DNA of 64,000 nt from positions 32,001 to 96,000 of the IMG/VR virus record IMGVR_UViG_3300005758_000578, one strand, 5' to 3'. The notes under the pieces were generated by a model that was not told the origin of the DNA, searched no databases, and was given only the letters and a program-made list of their open reading frames with translations. The DNA is from a virus. Below, piece by piece: positions 1 through 7,677 of this stretch (positions are counted from its first letter, which is position 1; each line of letters begins with the position of its first letter). The position numbers were made by a program, and so were the translations under genes.

Positions 1-317
1 TGATAGATAGGTGCTAACCAGGGATCCATTTTTTCTTTAATGTCTCCGGGTAAGAATCCTATATCTTCTTTAGATACTGTAGGTCTTGTGATAACTATCT
101 TATCAACCTCTTTATTAAATAACATATCTAAGGCAACCTGGCAGGCTACAAGTGTCTTACCTGAGCCCGCCATACCTTTTAATACAGTTATAGGATTATC
201 TAGAATTAGAGACTTAGCTCTTTTCTGTTCCTCATTTAAGCTTATCTGAAACTTAATGGGATTCTTAGGCCTTCTTTTTGCTTTGAAGACCTCATCTTCA
301 TGTGAGTTTGATGTCAT
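1..317 (-). CDS. phoH: PhoH-family ATPase, 5' part (runs off window; absent from ORF track)
   Basis: Manual translation from ATG 317: MTSNSHEDEVFKAKRRPKNPIKFQISLNEEQKRAK...KGMAGSGKT (Walker A)...KIVITRPTV...IGFLPGDIKEKMDPWLAPIY, the typical PhoH motifs. Confidence 0.95.
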   Translation of the reverse strand, partial: MTSNSHEDEVFKAKRRPKNPIKFQISLNEEQKRAKSLILDNPITVLKGMAGSGKTLVACQVALDMLFNKEVDKIVITRPTVSKEDIGFLPGDIKEKMDPWLAPIY

Positions 318-532
318 GCTTGTTCTCCGTTGCAGCAAGGTACAGCATTTTGTTTACATACAGGACACTGATAGTGACCATGTACAAAAATATATTCTAC
401 CTTGCTATTACAAAATACGCAATAATCAGAAGTTTTTATGCATGAGAGATTCTTGCACTCCTGATTGTCCGTGGTATTTGCTTCCTGGTTTTTTATCATA
501 TGTTTGAAGAATTTTACCAGCAACCCGCTCAA
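314..532 (-). CDS. Small zinc-ribbon protein (start uncertain)
   Basis: CVFC...VHGHYQCPVC...PCC fills the dcd-phoH gap; its stop overlaps the phoH ATG (ATGA). The only in-frame ATGs lie inside dcd. Confidence 0.6.
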   Translation of the reverse strand: MSGLLVKFFKHMIKNQEANTTDNQECKNLSCIKTSDYCVFCNSKVEYIFVHGHYQCPVCKQNAVPCCNGEQA

Positions 533-959
533 ATTTAATTTGGCAGATTTTCATGTTGGGATAAATACGTAGTGGTTTAATCACACGCATTTCTAATACA
601 AGAGATCCTACAAATCCGGAATCAATAAATCCTGCACATACATGGATATCTAAACCTAATCTACCAAGACTAGACTTACCCATAACTGTAGCACAGATAT
701 CTTCTTTTACTCCAATTGTTTCATTACAAGAGTAAAGATATAACTCACCTGGTTGCAGTACATAACCTTCTTCAGGAATATCAAACTCTTCTACAGGGTT
801 TGGTTTCCTACAATCCAATGTTTCAGCTATATAAACTTTACATTTAGGATTTAAAGTTAAATCTACAGAGTTTGGATTTAAATGTTCTTGTTTAAAAGGA
901 GAGATAATAATCATACCTCTCTCGTGTTCTAATAAGATTTCAGAGTCAGCTAATACCAT
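426..959 (-). CDS. dcd: dCTP deaminase (trimeric dUTPase-like family)
   Basis: LNPNSVDLTL, GKSSLGRLGL, AGFIDSGFVGSLVLE, PNMKICQI, KYHGQ. Confidence 0.95.
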   Translation of the reverse strand: MVLADSEILLEHERGMIIISPFKQEHLNPNSVDLTLNPKCKVYIAETLDCRKPNPVEEFDIPEEGYVLQPGELYLYSCNETIGVKEDICATVMGKSSLGRLGLDIHVCAGFIDSGFVGSLVLEMRVIKPLRIYPNMKICQIKFERVAGKILQTYDKKPGSKYHGQSGVQESLMHKNF

Positions 960-964
960 AATGA

Positions 965-972
965 CAAAGATA
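965..972 (-). promoter_or_regulatory. Bacteroidota-type -7 promoter element TATCTTTG
   Basis: Matches TAnnTTTG, 5 nt upstream of the dcd ATG, implying a near-leaderless mRNA. Confidence 0.6.
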
Positions 973-979
973 GGGATTA

Positions 980-1126
980 TTATCTACCCTGACCACGATA
1001 TTTTGATTGAGGTGTGGCTTTTGGTCCAACAGACTTATGAGCTTTACCCTTCTTCTTATTTACTTGTTTAGGAGCTAAAGTCTTAGCTAAACCGCCACTA
1101 CTTTTCTTTGCTTTTGGAGCTGCCAT
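980..1126 (-). CDS. Small Lys-rich basic protein (48 aa), possibly nucleic-acid binding
   Basis: MAAPKAKKSSGG...KYRGQGR; ATG at 1126 overlaps the upstream stop (TAATG), so preferred over the 1165 start. Confidence 0.7.
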   Translation of the reverse strand: MAAPKAKKSSGGLAKTLAPKQVNKKKGKAHKSVGPKATPQSKYRGQGR

Positions 1127-1392
1127 TATTCTGCTTTTGATAAACCTAATTTCTCTAATGCCCAATCAACCATCCAGTCAATTGATTGATCATTGTTGTT
1201 TTTCCAGTCATGAAACTCATACTGATCCATCTCAATATAATTAGCAGTTACACTGTTGTTATCTTCAAGATTATCAACGAGTTCATAGTAAAACTTAGCA
1301 GTAACATCTTCAGGAAGAATATTCATTGCACCAATGTTAAAATATTCTACTAGTACACCTTCTTCTGTAACGTATGGTTTAATATGTATCAT
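1126..1392 (-). CDS. Acidic hypothetical protein, possibly fibre-associated
   Basis: 88 aa ending DWMVDWALEKLGL; follows the fibre gene and has its own promoter motif. Confidence 0.65.
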   Translation of the reverse strand: MIHIKPYVTEEGVLVEYFNIGAMNILPEDVTAKFYYELVDNLEDNNSVTANYIEMDQYEFHDWKNNNDQSIDWMVDWALEKLGLSKAE

Positions 1393-1395
1393 ATA

Positions 1396-1404
1396 TATAA
1401 TATA
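1396..1404 (-). promoter_or_regulatory. Putative late promoter TATATTATA
   Basis: Copy of the recurring intergenic motif, 3 nt before ATG 1392 and just after a terminator. Confidence 0.55.
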
Positions 1405-1420
1405 GTCAAAAAATTAAAAT

Positions 1421-1451
1421 AAAAAAAGGCAACCGGTTAAGATTGCCTTTT
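1421..1451 (-). terminator. Rho-independent terminator
   Basis: AAAAGGCAATC-ttaacc-GGTTGCCTTTTTTT downstream of the 940-aa gene. Confidence 0.85.
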
Positions 1452-1470
1452 CTATAGAGTTAATTATATC

Positions 1471-4293
1471 TTACCAGAATATAAGAGCCCGGAATAATTC
1501 CTGACCATTATGTCTCATAATATACAAGAACTTCAAACCTTCAGGTGTACTAATAATTTCCATACGGTTTCCAACTAAAGCAGTTGAGTGACCATAAGGA
1601 ATAGTACCCGCATTTTCCATAGTTCTAGTTGTAATATCTAATCTATAAATACGGTTAGTAGATTCTTTGTTTATGTATACATATTTACCACCGTCATAAG
1701 CATACATGGTACCGGTGGTAAATGTTTCAAACTGAGGACTAATGAATGGAGTATAGTCATACTTTTCAGTAGTGATATCATATATATCAAATGCGTTCCA
1801 TCCACTACCTCTAGGTGCTAAAAAGTATTTATCCATACCTGCTCCAAATAACCAGTTAAATTCAATACCTACACCTCTTACAGGAATAGAATAAATTACG
1901 TAGTTAGTAGTTGTAGCCGGAGCAACGTTAGCACTAAATGTAAGTGTGTTACTAGTATTTGATGTAACAGTTTGCTCAATCATAGTACCGGTGGAACTTA
2001 GATACCTAAAACGTTTACCTGACCACTGGTTAGTAATCCAGTTTTTAGTAGTATCTACAAGAGTACTTGTAGAACCACCTGTAGCAAGACCAAATGTATC
2101 CATGATCTCATATCTGGTTGTTGCATCTGGAGTAAATGTTTGAGTGGGATAAGTAATTGTGGTCTCAGTGTTTGAAGTAATTGTAATCTCATTACCCAAA
2201 CCAGTACCCGCAACAATTCTTATTCTGTAACTATTCCATGCTCCTGGAATCCATGCTTTGCTTGTATCAACTAAAGTAGTTGTACTACCAGAAGTAGCAT
2301 AACCGTAAGGTTGCATGTTACTCTGTCTAAATTGTGAATCTCTACCAAGAGCAGCACAATCTTGAATAATATATCTGTTACCTGCAGCAACGTTACCTGT
2401 AGCAGCAATAAGGGTAAGTGTAGTTGCAGTATTAGAGGCAATACGCATCCAAGAAATAGCTCCAGCTGGACCTGCAGATACAGTACCAACTAATTTACCA
2501 GTATGTTCATTTACATCCCAGTTAGCAGTAGGATCAACAATCAAAGAAGTACTTAATGTATTTGCGTTTGCCATGTTAGCTGTAGCTGTAATCGCAATAT
2601 CAAATGTATTTGTAGTTGTTTGATCATTTCCAATAATAGTGTAAACAGTATTCCAAGCTGCTTCAGAACATCCGGTAATTGTTACACTATCTCCAATCTT
2701 AAAGAAATGTGCTGTGTTGGTAGTAATTAATCCAACTGTACCAATTGTAGTAATATTAATAGTACAACCAGTACCAGTACCTCCAGTAGTTGCAGAAGTA
2801 CCAGTAGCATATCCAGATCCTGCACGTCTTAATGATACAGTCAATACAGCACCCGCAGCATTAATAGTTTCTACAGTAACTTTTCCATTAGAACCAGTAG
2901 TACTTAAAGTAAGTACATCACCAATTTTATAACCAGAACCTCCAGCTACAGGAACAGAGTTTACAGCTCTTACACCGTTAGTATTTCTAACACCACTACC
3001 TACAGAAATTGGTAATGATCCATCAATAGTTGCGGAAATACCTGACATAATACCATAATCAAAGATTTCTCCAGTTGCCCATAAATCAGCTTCAATACTA
3101 TACTTTAATGTTGCAGATAAACCTGCACCACTAAACCAAATAGAATCAGTGTTACCATAAACTTCATACTGTGAAGTTGAATCGGGGTTAGTAGTCCATT
3201 TCTTTTCTACCTCAAAGTAATTTGATTTGTTAGCTACAATCCTTCTTCTTTGTCCTATACCTGTACCAGCAGTAATACGAATTTGATAGTTTCTATATCT
3301 ATCAACTTCCATTGAAGCTCCCGTATTTACTAATGTTCTTGATGTACCAGATGTAGCAGTTCCGGATGTAAACATTCCACCCACTTCACCAGTTCTTTCA
3401 ATACTTAAATCAGAACCAGCAGCTGCAGTAAATAAACCGTTAGGAATAGTTTTTACATACCAAACATCAGTTAATACATCATAAAAACTTAAAGCTGCAT
3501 AAGGAGTACCAGATTGTGCAGTAAATGCCCATAATCCACCGGTTAAAATTAAGAATCTTGATTTATCTGTAAAAGGAGCTGGAGGTAATGAACTTAAAGT
3601 TATGTACTGAGAAGAGATAACATAATCTGTTGCAGAAGTAGAACCACCTGCAGTTGGACCACTAATAAATCCCCAGTTATCCCAAGACTCATGCATTTGC
3701 AAGTTGTTATCTTGGAAATACAAAGTAGTATCAGTGTTATATAATACAGTACGTTGTTGTGTAGCATTTGTACCAAATACTACACGTACAGAATAACCAG
3801 CCCACTGATTGGTTTTCCACTTCTTTGTACTATCAGTTATAGTAGTGGTACCACCACCAGTTACGGTACCAAAATCTTCTATAATTTCATCACCTACCGC
3901 AACAATAGTTCCTTTGTAACCGGCATTAGGACCGTATAGAATTCTAAACTCTTTATTTAAAAGAGCAGTACCACCTTTAAGAAAAGGAATTTTTTTCTGT
4001 GCAGGATTTAAAGGATTCTCACCAAGAGTTCTACCACGGTTACCACTATACTTAGAATATCTTAATCCATACGTAGTTACTGGAGTATACAAGTTAGTAG
4101 CTAACTGCATCCAGGTATCAGCTTTTACAGAGTATCTAAATAAAGTAGTGTTAGGTAAATAGTAAATATACTCATCTAATCCATCTTCTGCAGTAGCCCA
4201 GGCACTTAATGCAACACTAGTTACTGGAGCAAACCTACCCCATTCCCAAACCGGTTGATCAACTACTGTTTTTAAATTATTAGTAAATGCCAT
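1471..4293 (-). CDS. Large Thr/Gly-rich virion protein, probable receptor-binding or tail appendage protein
   Basis: Kelch-like blades (LFRYSVKADTW, FYDVLTDVW, KYSIEADLW, IYDITTEKY) interleaved with about five ~65-aa repeats of type ATSGSTTTLVDTSKAW...RIVAGTG. Confidence 0.7.
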   Translation of the reverse strand: MAFTNNLKTVVDQPVWEWGRFAPVTSVALSAWATAEDGLDEYIYYLPNTTLFRYSVKADTWMQLATNLYTPVTTYGLRYSKYSGNRGRTLGENPLNPAQKKIPFLKGGTALLNKEFRILYGPNAGYKGTIVAVGDEIIEDFGTVTGGGTTTITDSTKKWKTNQWAGYSVRVVFGTNATQQRTVLYNTDTTLYFQDNNLQMHESWDNWGFISGPTAGGSTSATDYVISSQYITLSSLPPAPFTDKSRFLILTGGLWAFTAQSGTPYAALSFYDVLTDVWYVKTIPNGLFTAAAGSDLSIERTGEVGGMFTSGTATSGTSRTLVNTGASMEVDRYRNYQIRITAGTGIGQRRRIVANKSNYFEVEKKWTTNPDSTSQYEVYGNTDSIWFSGAGLSATLKYSIEADLWATGEIFDYGIMSGISATIDGSLPISVGSGVRNTNGVRAVNSVPVAGGSGYKIGDVLTLSTTGSNGKVTVETINAAGAVLTVSLRRAGSGYATGTSATTGGTGTGCTINITTIGTVGLITTNTAHFFKIGDSVTITGCSEAAWNTVYTIIGNDQTTTNTFDIAITATANMANANTLSTSLIVDPTANWDVNEHTGKLVGTVSAGPAGAISWMRIASNTATTLTLIAATGNVAAGNRYIIQDCAALGRDSQFRQSNMQPYGYATSGSTTTLVDTSKAWIPGAWNSYRIRIVAGTGLGNEITITSNTETTITYPTQTFTPDATTRYEIMDTFGLATGGSTSTLVDTTKNWITNQWSGKRFRYLSSTGTMIEQTVTSNTSNTLTFSANVAPATTTNYVIYSIPVRGVGIEFNWLFGAGMDKYFLAPRGSGWNAFDIYDITTEKYDYTPFISPQFETFTTGTMYAYDGGKYVYINKESTNRIYRLDITTRTMENAGTIPYGHSTALVGNRMEIISTPEGLKFLYIMRHNGQELFRALIFW

Positions 4294-4295
4294 AA

Positions 4296-4574
4296 TTAGA
4301 ATGTTAAGTTTTGTCTAATACCGTTAGCAAACATATTACGTGCAATATCCATAGCTTGATATCTATAATCAATACCTCCAAAAGTTTGAACGTTTTGAAT
4401 ATAAGTAGTACCTTCTATTACAATACGTTGTCTTTGGGCAATATCTTGTGTAGCAATTGGTGCAAGCATCTGCACTAGTCTTCTTAGTAAGATTATACCT
4501 TCTTCAGTAGCAGGATCAATTACAGCGCCAGTACTATCTTCTAATTGAAGTTGTTTTTCATCTATGTAACTCAT
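4296..4574 (-). CDS. Hypothetical protein co-transcribed with the appendage gene
   Basis: 92 aa, 2-nt gaps on both sides. Confidence 0.7.
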   Translation of the reverse strand: MSYIDEKQLQLEDSTGAVIDPATEEGIILLRRLVQMLAPIATQDIAQRQRIVIEGTTYIQNVQTFGGIDYRYQAMDIARNMFANGIRQNLTF

Positions 4575-4576
4575 GA

Positions 4577-4987
4577 TTATATTATATTCCAGTTTGTTAA
4601 GTGTGGGTACAAATTTAAAGAAGTCTTATTCTTCATCTGTACATTAGGATTAAATTCTATTGTTTGTCCGGAGTGTGGATTTATAATAACCGGATTAGGA
4701 CCTATATTCTTAATGGTATATCCTTGAGGATTAGCAATACTAATAATTGGTAACGTAATTGTAACTGGTCCAGATGTAGAATCCACTAAAATAATACTGT
4801 CAGTGGATGTTACTATATAGTCTCCACTGACAGTTGATTCGGTTGGTCCTTGTAATAAACTTGCAGCAATGTAGCGCAAGTGTACAGCAGCTCTCCTGTA
4901 TTGAATATCTTTAGAGCTAACGTATAACTTTTCAGTCTCGTTAGCCCACATATTTAATTCAGCGGCTATGTTCTGTATTTTTGACAT
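4577..4987 (-). CDS. Hypothetical virion/fibre-like beta protein
   Basis: DYIVTSTDSIILVDSTSGPVTITLP...YTIKN...NWNII resembles a common phage fibre beta module. Confidence 0.6.
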   Translation of the reverse strand: MSKIQNIAAELNMWANETEKLYVSSKDIQYRRAAVHLRYIAASLLQGPTESTVSGDYIVTSTDSIILVDSTSGPVTITLPIISIANPQGYTIKNIGPNPVIINPHSGQTIEFNPNVQMKNKTSLNLYPHLTNWNII

Positions 4988-5036
4988 CTCTATCCCTCAT
5001 ATATAAAATACAGCATTTCAGGGATATATGGATGCT

Positions 5037-5345
5037 TTAATCTTTTTTATTAGTGTTGCGGGGTTTGTATTTCCGCTTTTTCTTTGGTTTTGCAACAGGT
5101 TTTTCTTCTTCTGCAGTCTCTTCAGAATTAGAGATTGCTTCTTTCATAACCTTTTCTGCAGCTTCTACTGTAGAATTTACAGCAGATTTAACAGCAGATT
5201 GAATAGAAGATTGAAGACCAGCTTTGATCTTCTGCTGCATTTCTTCAACTGCAGCATTTTCTTTCTTTTCAAGACGTGCTGCAAGGATAATGAGGATGAT
5301 TAAGATAAGACCTAATCCAATTCCAAACATAATTTGTAGAGTCAT
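5037..5345 (-). CDS. Membrane-anchored protein with basic C-terminal tail
   Basis: N-terminal TM helix (IMFGIGLGLILIILIILAA), helical middle, KPKKKRKYKPR tail; ends the lysis cassette. Confidence 0.7.
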   Translation of the reverse strand: MTLQIMFGIGLGLILIILIILAARLEKKENAAVEEMQQKIKAGLQSSIQSAVKSAVNSTVEAAEKVMKEAISNSEETAEEEKPVAKPKKKRKYKPRNTNKKD

Positions 5346-5354
5346 AATTGTATA

Positions 5355-5789
5355 TTATTTATACAAATATAATCTAAAATACTCAAAATCAAGATCTCCG
5401 CCTTCTTTCTGATATTTTAAGAATGCCTCATATACAGGACCCATAAACTTTGCTTCTGGTTCTTCTGTAACTACAGTAGTTGTATCTAAACCAGCACTAA
5501 TCATTTTAATAGCATACATCTCATTAACCTGAGCCATCACTTCTACTTTCTTTTCTGCTACTACAACTGCTTCTTTTAACTCTGCTTTTTCCTCTACTTT
5601 AGTCTCTACAAGTTTTTCACTAGTCTTCTGAGCAACCTGGGTTACTTGTGAAGCTACTTGTAAATTCTTTTCAATCTTCTTAAGCATCATATCAATATCA
5701 TCTACAGGAGGTGTTGGAACAGCGCTAACTGGAAATGATATTTTAACAGCAATAACAAATACAATACAAAAGGTAATTAAAATTCTCAT
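5355..5789 (-). CDS. Signal/TM-anchored coiled-coil protein, spanin candidate
   Basis: Hydrophobic N-terminus then long heptad-like helix; ATGA overlap with upstream gene; downstream of endolysin. Confidence 0.5.
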   Translation of the reverse strand: MRILITFCIVFVIAVKISFPVSAVPTPPVDDIDMMLKKIEKNLQVASQVTQVAQKTSEKLVETKVEEKAELKEAVVVAEKKVEVMAQVNEMYAIKMISAGLDTTTVVTEEPEAKFMGPVYEAFLKYQKEGGDLDFEYFRLYLYK

Positions 5790-6064
5790 AGCTTTTTAAC
5801 AGTGTTAATGATACGTAATTCTGTAATAGCAGCAGCAAGTGCACTATCAGATTTTTTAAGAGCTGAATTCATTCTGTCAATCTTTAACTCAAGATTATTC
5901 ATCTTTTCATTAGAGATTTTAATCTGGTCCGCATAGCCTGTCTTAACGTCATAATACAGATAGCTAACAGCCACCAGCATACAAAAAGCAACGGCAGCAA
6001 CTGGGTTCTTTTTAAATTGTTCAAACGTGACAGGAAACGCATTAGGTGTTTTTTTAGTACTCAT
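5786..6064 (-). CDS. Single-TM coiled-coil protein, i-spanin or lysis accessory candidate
   Basis: TM VAAVAFCMLVAVSYLYY followed by coiled coil; in lysis cassette. Confidence 0.5.
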   Translation of the reverse strand: MSTKKTPNAFPVTFEQFKKNPVAAVAFCMLVAVSYLYYDVKTGYADQIKISNEKMNNLELKIDRMNSALKKSDSALAAAITELRIINTVKKL

Positions 6065-6110
6065 AGTGTCTTCTAATTTTTATAGTAAGCTTATTTAATA
6101 TGTATTTAAT

Positions 6111-6788
6111 TTAAATGCAATAGTCTTCAACTAAGTATATTCTTTTTGCTTTATGTTTTAGTTTTTTACATTCTCTTATTGTAGATGATCCTACTCCTAC
6201 AAATTTTGCAGCATCTTTAGAGTTTAAAAATAAATGAGTCTCTCCAGTAATAGTGTTTGTTAACTTGAGATGTTTTTTACTGTTTGAGACTTTTTGTTTT
6301 AATAGATACTCTGCTGTATGAAGTTTGCCTTGATAATTAGGATTACTAGACCCAGAAGATGCCTTAGATATTTTGCTTAAAGATTCTTGAGAATGTGTTT
6401 TCCCATAAAAAGAATTATTAGATCCGGTAGCTTTTTTGGACATTAGCTCTTTAGTTTCTAAAGAAAATACTTTCTTTTTATACTCTGTAGGTGTTAAGTA
6501 GCAATTTAATCCACTATTTACACTACAAAATAACTCCTGGTAGTATCTTTCTCTTTCTAATAACTTTTCAATACTACAAAGTTCTAGTATTTCTATTTTA
6601 TGAGACTCTGTACCGTATTTAACTAAAGAATTATAAATAGCTCTTTGTTTTTTGACTCTATTTGGAGTTAAGTAGTAACTACAACGTATACGTAAATTGC
6701 TAGCTTCTCCTACATAAATTTTACCTGTAGGAGAAGTTATTTTGTATATACCTGAAGTACTAGGGAATTCCAAAATAGAATTTTGCAT
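6111..6788 (-). CDS. Free-standing GIY-YIG homing endonuclease with NUMOD3-like repeats
   Basis: SGIYKITSPTGKIYVGEA, LERERYY, GLN, NSFYGKTHSQES, C-terminal HTH-like SKDAAKFVGV. Confidence 0.92.
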   Translation of the reverse strand: MQNSILEFPSTSGIYKITSPTGKIYVGEASNLRIRCSYYLTPNRVKKQRAIYNSLVKYGTESHKIEILELCSIEKLLERERYYQELFCSVNSGLNCYLTPTEYKKKVFSLETKELMSKKATGSNNSFYGKTHSQESLSKISKASSGSSNPNYQGKLHTAEYLLKQKVSNSKKHLKLTNTITGETHLFLNSKDAAKFVGVGSSTIRECKKLKHKAKRIYLVEDYCI

Positions 6789-6789
6789 A

Positions 6790-7347
6790 TTATTTTATAT
6801 CTTCTGATTTAATTAAAGTGTAGGTAAAAGAATCTCCTTGTAATTTAGCACCTTTTTCACAGATAGCAAGGAACTTGTCAAAATCCGCAGATTTTTTAAA
6901 TACTTGACAACCATGACTCCAATCGTTTACTTGAGAAGAGTCTAAACCAGCTTTGTGGATATTAATACCAAATACACCGGTTTCGGTCTTATCTTCTTGG
7001 TAGACTCCGTCTTTAGTGTAGTCACGGAATACAGTCAGAGGTGCTTTTTGTTTTAAACACTTATACTTTCCCTGGTGAAGTCCAATTCCGTGAGACCCTG
7101 GATATTGTCCTGGTTTAACACGAGCAGTTCCTCCACCATTATCGGTAGTACAAGGCCAGATATGAAACTTCCACTCTCCTCCTTCTTTGTAACTTAAAGT
7201 CATCCAATCATCAAATGCATTGGTAACTTTTTGTCCTGTAGCACTGTTACGAATACCAATCACATTGATATTAAAGTCTCCATTCTCAAAGTACTTATAA
7301 CCTTTTGCTTTTACAGCAGCTTCAATTTGTTCTCTAGTATAGCTCAT
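6790..7347 (-). CDS. Probable endolysin, L,D-transpeptidase (YkuD)-like Cys peptidase
   Basis: GINIHKAG...DWSHGCQVF fits the H-x(n)-S-x-G-C motif; directly after the holin-like gene. Confidence 0.75.
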   Translation of the reverse strand: MSYTREQIEAAVKAKGYKYFENGDFNINVIGIRNSATGQKVTNAFDDWMTLSYKEGGEWKFHIWPCTTDNGGGTARVKPGQYPGSHGIGLHQGKYKCLKQKAPLTVFRDYTKDGVYQEDKTETGVFGINIHKAGLDSSQVNDWSHGCQVFKKSADFDKFLAICEKGAKLQGDSFTYTLIKSEDIK

Positions 7348-7349
7348 AA

Positions 7350-7601
7350 TTATGCCTCAGCAGAGTCTCCTTCTTTTTTCTTCATGATCTTCTCTACAGA
7401 AGTCAAACCTAAACAACCAAAAGCAAGTAATGCAACAGCATCTACCAAAGGAGTAGAGGGAGCATAATGTGCTTCAGTAAAAGAGTTAGCGTACAGTGTA
7501 GCGCACAAAGTAATAGTGCAGAGTAATCCACACAAACGTTTCATAGAAACGGAGCCTTTTTCATCTTTAAAAAGACCTCCAATAAAGTTTAAAAATTTCA
7601 T
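7350..7601 (-). CDS. Probable holin (two TM helices)
   Basis: FKDEKGSVSMKRL, two hydrophobic segments, charged tail EKIMKKKE; 2 nt from the endolysin. Confidence 0.7.
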   Translation of the reverse strand: MKFLNFIGGLFKDEKGSVSMKRLCGLLCTITLCATLYANSFTEAHYAPSTPLVDAVALLAFGCLGLTSVEKIMKKKEGDSAEA

Positions 7602-7657
7602 ACGGTATAATTTTTACCGCAGTTGATTCGGGATGCAGCCCTAGAAGGTTTTTAGGG

Positions 7658-7672
7658 TACATATATAATATA
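7658..7672 (-). promoter_or_regulatory. Putative late promoter of the lysis cassette
   Basis: TATATTAT-ATA-TGTA, full copy of the recurring motif. Confidence 0.6.
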
Positions 7673-7677
7673 CGAAA

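Noticed and set aside
6065-6790. Group I intron around the GIY-YIG gene
   Set aside because: Flanking genes look complete and the spacers (1 and 46 nt) cannot hold a ribozyme core.
7567-7662. 31-aa upstream ORF overlapping the holin start (similar short ones at 5000 and 57058)
   Set aside because: The ATG lies within the conserved promoter motif, probably at or before the start site, so it is better explained as part of that motif.
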